64,000 bases of DNA from Octopus vulgaris (taxonomy: Eukaryota): the NCBI GenBank assembly GCA_951406725.2, contig OX597816.1, positions 117,986,001 to 118,050,000 of the forward strand, written 5' to 3'. Below the pieces are notes generated by a model, which saw only the letters and a list, made by a program, of their open reading frames with translations, ran no database searches and had not been told where the DNA came from. The translations under genes were made by a program, and so were the position numbers. This document shows positions 38,461 to 52,113 of this stretch, in pieces. Numbering within the stretch: the first letter of the stretch is position 1; each line of letters starts with the position of its first letter.

Positions 38461-40029
38461 ATTATTATTATTTGTTTAGCCCTATGCCAGTGAATATTCA
38501 ACAGACTTATAATCTGATGAAGTGTTTCAACTGTAACCATCCTGTCTTTTAGCAAATGTGTACTTGTCTTTCCTTTTTTAAGATGGTAAGCTGTGATCTT
38601 AATGGTATTTCGTACTAGTCAAAACAATTTCTTTTGTGGGTGATGCCACACAAGTCAACAAGAGTAAACTTCTCAAGTCAGTGATGAAGCCTCTGTGGAA
38701 GTATGATCCACAAGAAAATGCAGTCAAATTTCCCTCATATTACATCCTATTGTCTTGAAAAATTGAAACTTGCATTACATAATCTAGTTCTAGATGCACT
38801 AAGAAGGAGATAGAATGCTGGCAGCTATAATGCTCAGGAATTAATAAGTGTTTTAATAAATTATAGAGTCCTTTTGCTGATTAAGGAGTGTTTTGATTAT
38901 TTGTGAGTTTTCTCTAGTAGATACGAAACCTTAAAGAAACTGCTTTAATTATATATTTTTTCATTAATGAATGCAAGGAAGAGAAGCAGTATTCAAAGCT
39001 TGTAGGTTGTCTTGAACAGGAGAATAATCAATAGCTTTGTGAGGTTGATGCACCAGATATTTATTATAAACTTTCATATGTTAGCATTTTGAAGTAATTG
39101 GAAGGATCTGCAATTGTAAGATGTTGCTAAATGTAGGCTTAGAAGATGACATTGAAATGTATGTGTGTGCACATGCATGCGTGTGTAAGAATCTTTACTA
39201 CATGTTAGAAGTGTAAGCATTATTCTAATATAGAGAGTACTTATGCCTTGAGCAAAATTCTAATTGTATCAGATAATAATTGTCATACTTACTCACTCTT
39301 CGTGTAATTTTTTTCAAAAATCTTTCTTAAAAAATATCACATTGCTTTCAGAGAATTCTTATAACATCAGCAATATATTGTTAAAGTCATCAACAGCAAA
39401 GCTGAAGAGGTATATATATATCACAGAATAACTGTTGAAGTTAAACAGCTCAAATAAAACTACATACCTAGGGGCTAATTGGGATGTATATTTACAGATT
39501 AAAAACCTGCAAAATACACATGGCCAACAATTTTGATGGAAGATGATTAGTTGATAACATCAACCCCACAGCTAGACCGACTGGTACTTTATTTTATCTA
39601 AAACAAAGCAAAAGGTAACTAGTAAAGCAACTTGGTCTGGAAACCTGTTTCTAAAGAATTTGTGGAGGCAAGTAATAGTTACAAACACAAAGATTTATTC
39701 ATAAAAGCAAAGTGTGTTTCTTCAACATCAGATTTTCTTTCTTACTGTACACCAACATGACTCGTTAACCTGCAGAATATTCCGTCAAATATAATGCCTA
39801 TTTATTCACATTATCTTGAATTGATCATGCATTATTTTGTAACTTTGAGAGTTTGTACAAGGAAAATGTAAATTTTTAGAATGATTATGTAGGGTTGGTC
39901 TGAGAGGTCAGATCTGACCAGTTTGAACATAGAACAGGTTGAATATTTTGACTGGATACGACTGGTTTTTGAATGCTAAAGGGTTAAGCTGGATACAATG
40001 GAACTGCTGTTTCTGAATGCCTCGTTTTT

Positions 40030-41760
40030 TTATTACCCACAAGGGGCTAAATATAGAGGTTTATACAGCACAAAAGACAATACAAAACATAAAATCAGGG
40101 AAATAAAAATACAAATAGGAAATCAGGCAAAGAAGAAGAAATAAAAAAAAAACCAATGAAATTATGAATAATGATAAAATGAGGCGCAATGCCCACTCGA
40201 ACCCCGAAGTCAAGTGGTTAGATTTGAACATGACTTTGGACAGTTTTTCTCTTTTTCTTTTGAAAACAAAATGTTCATAGTTTCATCATCGTTTTTTTTT
40301 TTTCTATCTGTTCATAATTACATCTCCATTCTTCTTAATTCCTCATATTCCACAACCCGACTATCATACTCACCAATCCACCGTATGTATCCATAAATCC
40401 TTCATAGCTTTCTTCCTTTTCTAGAATCCCTCTATCATTTCCGTTAAATTTCTCTCTGGGAAGCTTCACCCTCACCAGTCCTTTCCACCTCCACGTTCTT
40501 TCTGTAGATTATCAAGAATCTCTTATGACTACATTCTTTTTCTCTCTACTGCTTGCATATGTTTAAGTTTAGACTGTTCCCTTCTTTTTGGGGATGTCCT
40601 CTCGGTTCCTGTTGCTGGTCCCTGCAGGTGTTCCCTTGCCTTTGCCTTCTTTGCCCTTTTGGGGCTGACAAACCTGTCACTCCCCTCCTTTGCCACTTTC
40701 GTTCTATCTTCATTAGTCTTTTCTTTCTCTTTTGCATCTCTGATACACTTTGCATCGCTTTTGTCCTCACTGTCTGTCTTTGTTTCAATTTTTACTTCCA
40801 TCCCTATTTCTTGGTCTTTTTCCACTACTTTCCCACTCTGTGTATGTTCGTTCTTGGGGCACTGTGTCTTCATATGACTCCTTACTCCACATATGTAACA
40901 ATTGGGTCGACGACCCTCTACAATAACTTTAAGCAAACTTTCCTCTGCAATCTCTATCTGGTATGGGATCCTCTCAATATCTTCAAAAGTGGCAAAAAGT
41001 CACATCTCAACACTGCATCACCACCAGTTTAACATGTTTGTTCTTCCTACCAGTCCCAACTCTGGATTGTCTTCAGTGGCAGCCAGAATAGCTGCCACCA
41101 ATCACTCTGTTTTTATTTCAGGTGGCACTCTCCTTATTTGGATTTGAATACTACGCCTGCCCCAATATGTGGGCAGCAGCACTACCTTGTCCAACTGCAG
41201 AATAGTGGTGGAATGTGAGGCTGCCTCTGCTTTGGTGATAAACCTCACTTCCACCGTACCATACTTCTTTCCACTGCTCACAAATGTTGCTTTCTTCATA
41301 ATGGCTCCCAGACATTCTTCAATATTGTTTATCGATATTTCTATTTTGTTGGTGGCAACCGCATGTGTGTGGTACACACTGTCCTATTACTCTTGTCATT
41401 CACTGTTTCTTCTGGAGAGACCAGCTTGATAGTGTTTCCCTCTCTTTGTACAAGTTGTTCACTTCTTATGATTTCTTCCATGTTAACTTTTATCTGCTTT
41501 GCTTCCACTGCAGCAGTCTTTGCATAGCTTTCATGATGCAAAGCTAATTTTTTCACCCCAACAACGGAGAGAAAAACAGCAAAATACAAAAGCAAAAAAC
41601 AATTACGCGCAAGTTGCTTCAACAAATATTAACAGTAATAATAGCAATATCAACAGACAATCTTCCTCAATCAAACTGTGGTCAAAAATGATTAACTCCT
41701 CCTTCAGTTTACGAACACCTATCATCATGAACAATTTTTCAAACATAAACCATCTCAGAT
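40030..41760 (-). mobile_element. Tx1-like non-autonomous element: ORF1 (RRM-like plus CCHC knuckle) joined directly to the 3' tail
   Basis: KATFVSSGKKYGTVEVRF..LPTYWGRR..IRRVPPEI, then VEGRRPNCYICGVRSHMKTQC. No RT is visible. Tail CCTCTATATTTAGCCCCTTGTGGGTAATAAAAAA. Confidence 0.7.
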
Positions 41761-44700
41761 GACAAACTGTCACAAATAACAAACAAGCAAGTCAGTAACA
41801 ACAGTTGGCAAAAAGTTGGGAAAACTAGAGAATCAGTTGATGTCCAGCTTTCATTCAGTACATATCGTTACTCAAATTCACCATGCTTTCTTTCAAATTT
41901 CTTATGGGAAAAATAATTTCCATTTAAGAAAATTTTGAATGATGAACCACTTTTAGGAATGAATTAAATTCATAAAGTGAAGTTCCACTATACTTATTTA
42001 TTTACTGCTGAACTAAGATCAATTGAATCTTCCTTCATGAAGCAATCCTATTCAGTAAACTATGAAAATGTTAAACAAATTGCTTTGAGGCCAACATGCA
42101 ATATCTCTGATTAATTAGAGGAGTCAAATGCCTGAAGCTATAGTTCTTGATTTTTCTTACTCTCTTAATACTTGTAATGCCCAAGATATTTTATATTAAC
42201 AATAGATGAATGCATTTCTTTTTGCTACAATTGGATGGGTTTTTTTATTTTTTTATCACAGTAAATAAAAACCATCTTTCATTTCTATTAATATTCTTAT
42301 GCTAAGAACAGAAAAGATTATTACAAAATGATGCTCTTTTGTCGACAAGAAACAAAAACCCTATTTTTATTAATTGGCGACTGACTGCAAATGGCTTTTA
42401 ATTGGAATATTTTTTAGAGAAATAATATCACTGCATGATTAAGAAATTCACTTCTCAATCGTGGTTTTGGATTCAGTGCTATTGCACAACACTTTGGCTA
42501 TCATCTATCATGGCCCCAGGCTGATCAATCTTGAGAGTTGATTTCTGTAGACAAAAACCGAGAGAAAACCATCGTGTGTGTGTATCTATATAAATAAATG
42601 CATGTGGGTATTTATGTCTTCCTTGCTTGTTGTTATCAGTTCTTCTATCACCAAATCCTCTGCACTTTCTTTAAAATATTAGTGGCAGGAAAGGCATCCA
42701 GCTGTAAAAATGATCCTTGATAACATGCATCTAACCCATGCAAACATAGAAAACAAATGTAAAAATGAATTAAATGGTATTTATAGTCAAAATTTTATTC
42801 TTCTCTATTTACTGTTGATATTGGCTCATATTATTTTAGGCTAGCCAGCAATATACATACACACACTGGAATGAGTATCATTTCAAGGGAGAAAACTAAA
42901 AGCGAATCAACTTGAAAATTTAAATTTCAAATATATAAATATGTTATCCAGTTAACTGAAATTATTTTAATGTCTGATTCAGAAAACATATAAGTCAAAC
43001 TTGTATATGACAGTTGACATAAACATTGTCATATCAGGGTAGCACCAGGTTAGTACTGATCAAGCAGACTTACGATCAAATGAATCTAATCCACAATCAT
43101 CCCTTTTTTAAAAATAGAATGTAACCAGGACTGCATTATCTAATGTGTCCATCTATTTTAAAGATGGCATGTTGTAATTTGAATAAGATTTTGCAGTTAT
43201 CCTTGCAAATTGACAAACCAAATGGAGGCTTCATCAGTAAAGTTACCTTCTTTCTTCATGCCATACACTATAAATCACTGAGTGTAGTCATTGTAATTAA
43301 ACCAGTAACCTATCTTGCACAAAAATTAATGAGTAATATAAATGCATTGATTTCAGTCTTTAAACCCTTTAAAGCTTTTACACAAGGAAAAATAATGTTA
43401 TTACTGATACTTATTTTACCAATCCCAAAATGATAAAAGACAAATTAATCTTAGCAGGGGCTAAATTTAAAACTACCTAAGATTGAAATCTAAAACTGTC
43501 CAACAGTTAATGTTTCAATAATCTTCCCCAAGACCTTGATTAGATCTCTTGTAGGGTTTCCTTGCTAGTTACAGATGCTAGTATTTCAAATATGCTATGC
43601 AAATATACAATTAAAAACAAAAATTATTAAAAATGCAATGCATATAATTAGCTTAGCTATAGCAATTTCTTGTGGAAGACCTAGCAACCTTTGATGAAGT
43701 GCTGGTTGAGAAACTTAGCCCAAGATCATTTTAATAACATGCCAACATAATGCAATACTTCGTTTGTGTGTTCTTGTCGAGGTGCTTTTCCAGTATGTCT
43801 CTGCATATATATCCAGAAATCAGCTAGTGACATAAATCTGAAAACTGATCAAGTATCTTCTCAAATTTGTGTTATTTATAGTCACTTTTATGCTACAAGT
43901 GGTCACATCAAGACAGCATTTTCTGTTAAATTCTTGAACATCAAACAAGTCAATGTAACTTCTTGCTGAGAATTTTGAAGAGTAATTCTATCAAATTTAA
44001 AGGGAATGTTCATTTTGTATGAAATAATTTAAATACTTTGGCATTTACTTGTCACAAACCTAACACACTACATATATAAACATTGTTGGCACAGTAGTAG
44101 TTCATAGAATTTCTTCCAAGCTAATGAGCAAATAAAAGAAATAGCAATAAAATCTCTCTCTCAAATCATATTCAACAGCCTTTTTTATGAAAATAAGGAT
44201 GTATTGAATAGTTAAGCCCTCATACACTTCAATCAGCTCCATCAAAGCTGACCTGAAACTAAACAACATCGACTAGGGTAACAAAGATCAAATATTAGTA
44301 TTAGACCTGACTAACAGTAACAACATAGGATATTTAGAATTACTAGCTTAATTCAAAAGCTATAAACCCTACCAACAAACAAAAAAGACAATACAAAATT
44401 TTAGGTGCAGACATGGCTATGGTAAGAAGTTTGCTACCCAACCACATGGTTCTGGATTCAATCCCACTGCATGTGTCTCCTACTATAGTAGGAGAGACAA
44501 GTGTCTCCTACTATAAGCCCAGGGCCAACCAAAGATTTATGAGTGGATTTGATGGAAACTGAAAGAAGCCTGTTATATGTATGTATGTAGAGTATCCAGC
44601 CATAGAAACAATGTCACAACACACAGTTGGAGTCTGGGCAGCTCCCTGCAAGTCAGCTCCATGTCAAACCATCCAACCCATGCTAGCATAGAAGGCAGTT

Positions 44701-45109
44701 GTTAAATGATGATGATGATATATATAAGTGTGCATGTGTGTGTTTCTATGTGTGTATTTGTGTTTGTGCCCCACCACCATTTGACAACTGGTGTTGGTTT
44801 ATTTATGTCCTCATAACTCGACAGTTTGGCAAAAGAAAGCAACAGAATAAGTACTGCAGTCAATTTGTTCAACTAAATCTTTCAAGGTGGTGCGCCAGCA
44901 TGGCAGCTTTCCAATGACTGAAACAAGTAAAAGAAACAATGAATAGTAAATATTCTAGGTTTCATCAAAATTCTATTAAAAAAAACCCAATAAACAATGA
45001 AAAAGAAAACAAAATTTATTCAATAAATTCCTATAAAAAAAGTCATATTTCAAATGTCTAAACCAATGTTCAATAGATGTTATATTTTAAGATAATTAAG
45101 TATGGTGTG

Positions 45110-45346
45110 TCAGGAAGGTTTATTAAGTAGTTTTTCCCTGATTTCCATGTCAACAAACTTAGTCCCAGCACATAGTTTTCCAGTGATAGGATCCACTACA
45201 GCACCATTTTTGAACATCATGCTTTGGATTTGATGAGTAATCTGAACAGTGGGTCGCTCTTTCAGTCTGTCAATTACAACTATATCGCCAATATCACATA
45301 TTTTCTGGGGATCAAGTGCCCAGTAGGAAGAACGCTTGTTGAAGTA
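45110..45346 (-). CDS. MRPS17: Mitochondrial ribosomal protein S17, coding exon 2 (last)
   Basis: Acceptor tttttcag, then YFNKRSSYWALDPQKICDIGDIVVI...VDPITGKLCAG, matching the MRPS17 pattern YFNKR...GDIV...DPVTGKPCAG. TGA stop; AATAAA on the minus strand at 45015-45020. Confidence 0.95.
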   Translation of the reverse strand, partial: YFNKRSSYWALDPQKICDIGDIVVIDRLKERPTVQITHQIQSMMFKNGAVVDPITGKLCAGTKFVDMEIREKLLNKPS

Positions 45347-45539
45347 CTGAAAAATATTAATAAACATATTTAGAGAGCAAGTATTACATCATATATATAC
45401 ACACACACACAAACACAATCATATATATACACATACGTATCATATATATATACACACACATAGACAGATATGTGTAGAATGCATCTCCTCAAGTAATTGC
45501 TTAAATAAGTTTCTAGTTAGATAACCTACAAGATTTTTA

Positions 45540-46400
45540 CCCATGTTTTGAAACATGAAATTCATCACAATATTTTTCAACAATGCGGAAATTTTATCCA
45601 TCAAAGTAAGTACCATTACAATCAACACATTTTTGCCAAGTTTGTTTATTCTGGTAACATAAAAATTTGGAGTGCTGGAGCTGAAGAACTCTTTGAACGT
45701 ACTTTCAGCATTGGTTTGATTTTTTAACTCCTTCTCTCACAGGAAACAACCAAGGTGGTTGGAAAAAAGGTAGTTGCTAGGAGAAAGATCTAGGGAATAA
45801 GCTGGGTGGGGAAGAACTTTGTAACCAAGTTCCCTCAACTTCTGGTGTGTCATTAGTGAAACGTGTGGTTGAGCATTGTTATGAAGAATAACTGGCCCTC
45901 TTCTGTTAACCAGTTTGGGATGGAGGAGTAGCAGTTTTCCATTCATTTTGGCAATTTCATGGCAATATGTTTCTGCAGTAATGGTTTTTCCAGGTTTTAA
46001 GAAGTTATAGTGGATGAGTCCAACAGAACATCACCAAACAGTCACCATAACCTTCTTTTTGAAGAGCTTGGGTTTAGGGAAGGTTTTCAGTGCTTCATTT
46101 TGGTCCAACTACTGAGAAGAATTTTTTTTATCATTGTACAGAATCCACTTTTCATTGCAAGTTACAATACACTCAAGAAATGGACCGGGCTAGTTATAGA
46201 GAAGAAGCGACAAGCAAATTTCATATCTGCATATTTTCTGATTTTCATTCAAATCGCGTGGTACCCATTAGTTGAGCTTTTTTGGATTTTCTGATCGCAT
46301 GCAAATGGTTGCAGGCAGTTTTCTGGCTAACTTCAAGTTGTTATCAGTTTTCAAGTAGTTTTACTTGGATCTTTCTCAAAGACGGTCTTTAATTGCTCCA
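45540..46400 (-). mobile_element. Decayed mariner transposase in the MRPS17 intron
   Basis: VTCNEKWILY, MVTVWW, LHNNAQPH and HPAYSLDLSPSNY. Confidence 0.85.
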
Positions 46401-47501
46401 TTGCCACATTTAAGCAAAAAAGCTCTGACAGTACGTATTTTAAGAGTGGAAATTTGGGGATTTATGGGGTGAGTTGGGAAATCAGAAAAATTTTTTCTCT
46501 CTCGCATAATCGAATGAACTCTTGTGTGAAGAACACAAATTCGCGAAAATTTTTGAAAATTTAAAAAAACATAAAAAGTTATGAGGGTTATATGAGGTGT
46601 TTAAACCAGAATTCTGCCATACCAAATCAATTATATCGGTACTCGACTGGTATTATTTCATTCACCAAAAAGAATGGACAAGATGACCTCGTCTGGATTT
46701 GAACGTAGAGCATGACGAGCCGGAACAAATATTACATGGCATTTTGTCCGACGTTCTCATAATTCTGCCTGTCTACTTAACCTTCATTATACTCAAGATT
46801 ATGAAAATAACAAGCATTAAGGGAACCGGAAGTTATGTTGTTTTATAACTTTCCCCAAGGACAGTAAAGTCATTACTATCAAATTCAAGAGAGGAAGTTT
46901 TATCTGAATGAGTTAAATAACATCGTTCCAACGAAACTGGTTGAAAGCTTGTACCGAAAATCTGAACTCTGAAAATAGACAACCATTCTCTTCATAAAGT
47001 TGGGCAATCTTTTACATCACGACCGTGATCTCGAAAGACTATGTTACCAAGTATACCAAATACATATTGAAACCGAAAAATTATATAAAATACTGGCATG
47101 AATGATAAGGATTAAATTTTACAAAGAAATAACCAGTAATGCTTCAATATTCAAGACATCGAACATATCTATATCTATATCAAATAATAGCTGTAGTAAA
47201 AAGGATAGTATTGTTGTCTAAGGCGACAAAACAAAACATCTTGCACGTGTATTTTTTATTTTTATATTAGTTTCAGTTTCTTCTTTTCTACTTTCTATCC
47301 TATATTGTTGAATTTATGAATAAAATACATAACAGCCTAACACCAACTCTTCTGTCCATAAAAAATAATAACTCTTTCAAATTTTACATCAATCACCAGA
47401 ACTTACTTAGAATAATACGGAGCTTATACAGTACGATGTAGTCTATATTACAAAAAATAAGCAAATAATAAAATTCTGATTAAAAAATATAAAAACTTTA
47501 C

Positions 47502-47618
47502 CTTTAACAGATATTTATCTAAACCAAGTTTCAAACATTGCACTTTGTAGGCATGAGGGTTGACTGTACTTCGTTTAACAATATGTCCCACTAAGTTTTT
47601 ACGAAGAGTAGCCGCCAT
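47502..47618 (-). CDS. MRPS17: Mitochondrial ribosomal protein S17, coding exon 1
   Basis: MAATLRKNLVGHIVKRSTVNPHAYKVQCLKLGLDKYLLK followed by donor gtaaag. The phase-0 join gives LDKYLLK-YFNKR (human LDPYLLKYFNKR). Total 117 aa. Confidence 0.95.
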
Positions 47619-47629
47619 GATAGCTGCTT

Positions 47630-47680
47630 GCGTAAACGAAGTTATGTCCCTTGCTTCTGACTGAATTACGTCCCTTCATT
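47630..47680 (-). promoter_or_regulatory. Putative MRPS17 core-promoter/5' UTR motifs (two copies of AAGGGAC(A/G)TAA)
   Basis: Two copies lie 20-60 nt upstream of the ATG, and a YY1-like ATGGCGGC overlaps the start codon. Function is inferred. Confidence 0.4.
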
Positions 47681-48039
47681 CATGTTAATCGAACAAATTG
47701 TCATTATACCTCAGAACGGCCAGATATTAGGTTTTAAGGTTGGATAGTCTGGAGTTTAAGCGCCTTAGCATCTATCTAGCAATAACTTGAGCCAGCTGTT
47801 AATTTATCCTCCTTTTTAATTGAGATTTGACTGAGAAGAAAAACATACAAATGGCCTATCCGAAAAGTGGGATCTATGAAGTGAACACTGAATCTATAAA
47901 TATGAAAAAAAAAAAAAAAATTCACGTACATGGATGTATGCATGTATGACTTCATCACTTAGATAACAACAATTTGTATGAGGACAACAATAATATTACA
48001 TATTAGTGATCTACCAACAGATTACATTTGTAAAGTCCC

Positions 48040-48152
48040 TGTCAACAAGTCTCTTTGCTTGAATACCCAGGATTTTCCAGATTCTCGTTTATATATTACA
48101 TATCTAAGCGAGAATCTGGAAAATCCTGGGTATTCAAGCAAAGAGACTTGTT

Positions 48153-48156
<4 letters not shown>
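48040..48156. repeat. Perfect 48-bp inverted repeat with 21-nt spacer
   Basis: 48040-48087 is the exact reverse complement of 48109-48156. Confidence 0.95.
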
Positions 48157-48217
<61 letters not shown>

Positions 48218-48319
48218 ATAAAAACGGTAAGATAACAAAAGAAAGAAAGAGACTTCGATATTATGTAAATAGAGGAATTTATCTGTAAATGTATTATGTG
48301 ACAATTATTCAGTAGCCAA

Positions 48320-48380
48320 GATAAAACTCCGAGTTTCGGATGCCGAGGTGGAAATTCACGTCACCATCTCTTCAGTTATC
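48320..48380 (-). ncRNA. Minimal type-I hammerhead ribozyme motif
   Basis: Minus strand: GAUAA-CUGAAGA-GAUG...CAUCC-GAAAC-UCGGA-GUU-UUAUC. Stem I is 5 bp (GAUAA/UUAUC) and the triplet is GUU. Confidence 0.8.
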
Positions 48381-49751
48381 CGGCCATCGCAAAAACGCTA
48401 TGAAAAATGACCGTTATACAAAGAGAAATTACTGTGTTATTGACCGCTATTAAGACAAAAGAGCTATTCGAATGACCGCTAAGTAAGGTGGGAGTAAAAG
48501 TAAGGGGTTAAATAGTTCATAGTATTCGCGTAATTGCGCCTGTTTATACCTACACATGCGCACCCGCACACCCCACGCGCGTGCGCCAAAAAGTATATAT
48601 TCATCCACCCTCACTTGAAAACGTACACACCCTCACTCTCACTACAAACAACGGCAGTAATTTTATTCAGCTGAATACATGTCATTGGTTGAGATTTCCG
48701 AAATACGACAATTTTAACAAGAAATAACTTCCAAAATATAGCATTTTCTCAACAACGCCAAGAGTAAAAGATGTTTTATGCGACACATTCTACGAGTATA
48801 CGAAGTTTGAAAGTGTTTAGTTACAAATAATTACTTTTTAAATCTGTCGGTCAAAAAGGTAAAGATCTTTCAAATAAATATATAAATAGTTAGGTCAAAT
48901 GAAAGAGGTTCATGGAAAAATGGTACATGATATGAAATCAAAGAAATTTGACTGAATAAAAAAAAAAGCTCAGCGGTGGTGCCCCAGCATGGCCGCGGCC
49001 TTCGGGCTAAAACATTTTTAAGGATTTATAAGATACATTTATAGCCTCTTCACTATCTGCTGGGGTGCCCTTTTCGTGATATATTTCTTCACCAAGAAGT
49101 TAAAGAGAATAAATTATTGAAATTAGACATTACTCATTTTACCATATTTTAGACGTCATGTTTTGAAACTGAAAATTATCAAACTAGACATTAGTGTGGG
49201 GATAAATTGACTTGGAATCCAACAGAGAAAAGAATATTGATTGTTAAACGCTAAAAATTATCTAGATATTTTATTATTAGCAACCTCAATTGCAATCGTG
49301 AAAGTTATAATGAAAGTTGAGGAAAAATTTCTGGTAAAAAGGCCCTGCCACCTGACTCTTTCATCTTCAACAATTATGCTGACCAATTTTTACTCATAAA
49401 GATGATGCAACAGTACAAAATAATGATGAACACTTGCAATGTAATGATTTCAAACAGGTTGGGAGAAAATGACGAGTAATCAAATGTTACTAATTTTGCC
49501 CCCTCCCCTCCCTAATGATAAGTTTCGGAGTTTATACTTGGTTGGTTTATGTTTGTATCTGAAATCGTGCGTTAAAATAGCAGAGTGATGATAGCCATTA
49601 AAAACACGTTCATACATTAACTTTTGTTTATTTTATTTCTTGATAGTATTGTATATTAAAACTGTCAATAAGTTTCGGACTGATCAATGAAAATGTTTAC
49701 AAACATGCAAGCATGAGGTATAAATTGGTTTTGTTACTGTGTGAAACTAGT

Positions 49752-49783
49752 TGGTGACGTAGCGGAAGTTGGTGTCACGTGCT
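49752..49783 (+). promoter_or_regulatory. MED15 proximal promoter motifs: CRE-like TGACGT, ETS CGGAAGT, E-box TCACGTG
   Basis: Clustered 45-75 nt upstream of the ATG. These are typical housekeeping promoter motifs; function is inferred. Confidence 0.5.
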
Positions 49784-49828
49784 CAGAGTGGTTGTCACGA
49801 CAGAGGAATATTCTATGGTATCTCCATT

Positions 49829-49890
49829 ATGTCAGACATGCAGAACGAGTGGAAAACCACGGAATTTCGTAACAGGGTGGTCATGCAGAT
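49829..49890 (+). CDS. MED15: Mediator subunit 15, coding exon 1 (KIX domain)
   Basis: MSDMQNEWKTTEFRNRVVMQ(I) followed by donor gtaagt. Compare human DWRSTAFRQKLVSQI. Confidence 0.92.
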
Positions 49891-52113
49891 GTAAGTCTTA
49901 TTAATTTATGCTTTTCGTTGTAAAGCTATTACTATATTTTTGTATTTAAGCGATTGAAGGAAAATGTAGAATAAGCAATTATATATTATTATTATTATTT
50001 ATAATTACATTCACTGTTCTTCGTAAAGTAACTGAGTAGTGAAATAAACATGCTGCAATGAATTACAAATATAGTCACTGTTTAACAACAACGTACTACA
50101 CTAGGCGAGTAAATATCTCACTATTCCCTTTTATAGTAGTTAGTTAATTATTTTTTTTAAAAAAGGAACCCTTTTCCGGCTTCAAACTGTAGTTCTGAGT
50201 ATCCCTATCATTGTAAACATGAGTTTACGCAAGCAGTTGAAAGTTTCGGTTGAAAATGAAAATATTAACCCTTCTCTCTTCCTTTAATATTTGAATATTC
50301 TTTAGTAGTGGCGAACAAGTAGTTGTTTTTATTGTTAACATTGTTTTTCTTAAAACTGTTGTGCATATATTACAAATTAAAATTATCGTTAGAATTATTT
50401 CATCTTATACATTTTTGTTACATTAGATTTTTTTTTTTTAATTGTATCAAAATAATTTTGAAACTCTCTTCAAGCAGTTCGTGACGATCTTGAATACTTG
50501 GTTATTTTTAATGATGTGTGTGGATTGGAAATGGAAAGTTTTGATAAACATTTAGGCTTTTCTTAACGGCATTAACAATATTCCCTTAATCAATAATAGC
50601 GATTCTAAGTTGTTGAACCCGAGTCAATCTGAAATGGTTCATCTTTTACAGATTGTTTTGGTTTCATTATCAATCCCGCACATTTACGTACTTAGAACCT
50701 AAGATTGCCTGAAATGTTTAAGAAAAAAATGAAATAGGAAGTCAGTTTAATTATACTCTTCCCCAATTTTATGCCATTCTTCACTAAGTGTTCTGTTAAT
50801 ATCGTCTGTAACTTTTGATAATTTTACTGAACCGGCTGCAGCTTTTTTTCATCCGCCACATTTTTCTTTCAGTCAGTTTGAATTATTTGTAGCCTTCCCT
50901 TACAATAAAATCATAATAGTTTGAAACTTAGTTTAAATTTGTATTTGGTATTCTCGTAAAGTCTTGTTCATCTAACTCTGTTACTAGACAATACAGTCAT
51001 TTATGTGAATTGTTATACTGTCAGCAAAATGAGTCTGCCGGCTCTCACTTCTATCCAACTGTAACTGAAGCTATGTATATTAACTCTAATCCGTTGCAGT
51101 AAAGCCTAATTTTTGTTGAATGTTCATGTTACTATTATGTAATCAAAGCTGTTCACATTCTCTGCCCACGTTCAGTCATCAGATCTCTTAATTAGAAATC
51201 CCAACAAGTTTTTCGAACAGCGAATCTATGAAATTGTTTCTATACGACTATGAGGATTTGCATTCCCAACGAAACTCGTCTTTTTCCCAAACTTCTTCTC
51301 AAACCTGCTATAATGTAATACATGTCTTTGGTGTGGTAATTGTACGCGACTGAAGAAGGCTATTGACATACATGTTACATCAATTATGCCTTGATATAAA
51401 TTGTCCAATAAAGCCAGAAACATATGTACCGCTAAATCCTTTGCATCCTGTTTTTCTTTTGATAAATATACCCTATCACCTACACCACTATCTAGCATAT
51501 ACAGGTGCTTACAGTTATCAAGTATTCACCCTGAATTTATATATTGAAATATGTAAATACGTATCAGTTATTCCTATCACCAAACTAGGTAACCTCTTTG
51601 ACAGTGCCAAATCCTAGCTTCCTGCTGTTCTGATCTTGATAGTGCCACTGAGTAAGTACCCTCGGCTATTTGTGTCCTGACTGGCACCAACCCCAACCTT
51701 TGCACAGTGTAATCTCTAGTCTAGCAGGATATGCTTATCATCTTACTGTGCATAATGTTTGCTTCCGGGACTGTCTTATAGCAAATACACTTCACCTTCG
51801 GGTTTACAAAAATTTGTTTTTGATCCCTTTTGATGGGCAATTTGATTAATTAATTTTCTTTAACTAAACACTTTGAAACTTCTGATTCTGGTAGAATGTG
51901 TCATATAGAAAGAACATCTTTTACTCTTAGCATTGTTGAGAAAATTATTGCTTTATTATTATTATTATATTTTGCCAAAAACCTAGCCTTTCTGATACGG
52001 AGATTCCGGAAAATTGCCAAAAATGGGAATTTTAAGATTCCCCTGCTCCTATTTCTTCATTTTTCACTTTTTCCGTAACCCTAACCCTAAAAACCCAACC
52101 CTAAAACCCTAAA

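Noticed and set aside
38510-38540. CTGATGA hammerhead-like core
   Set aside because: No stem II and no downstream GAAA.
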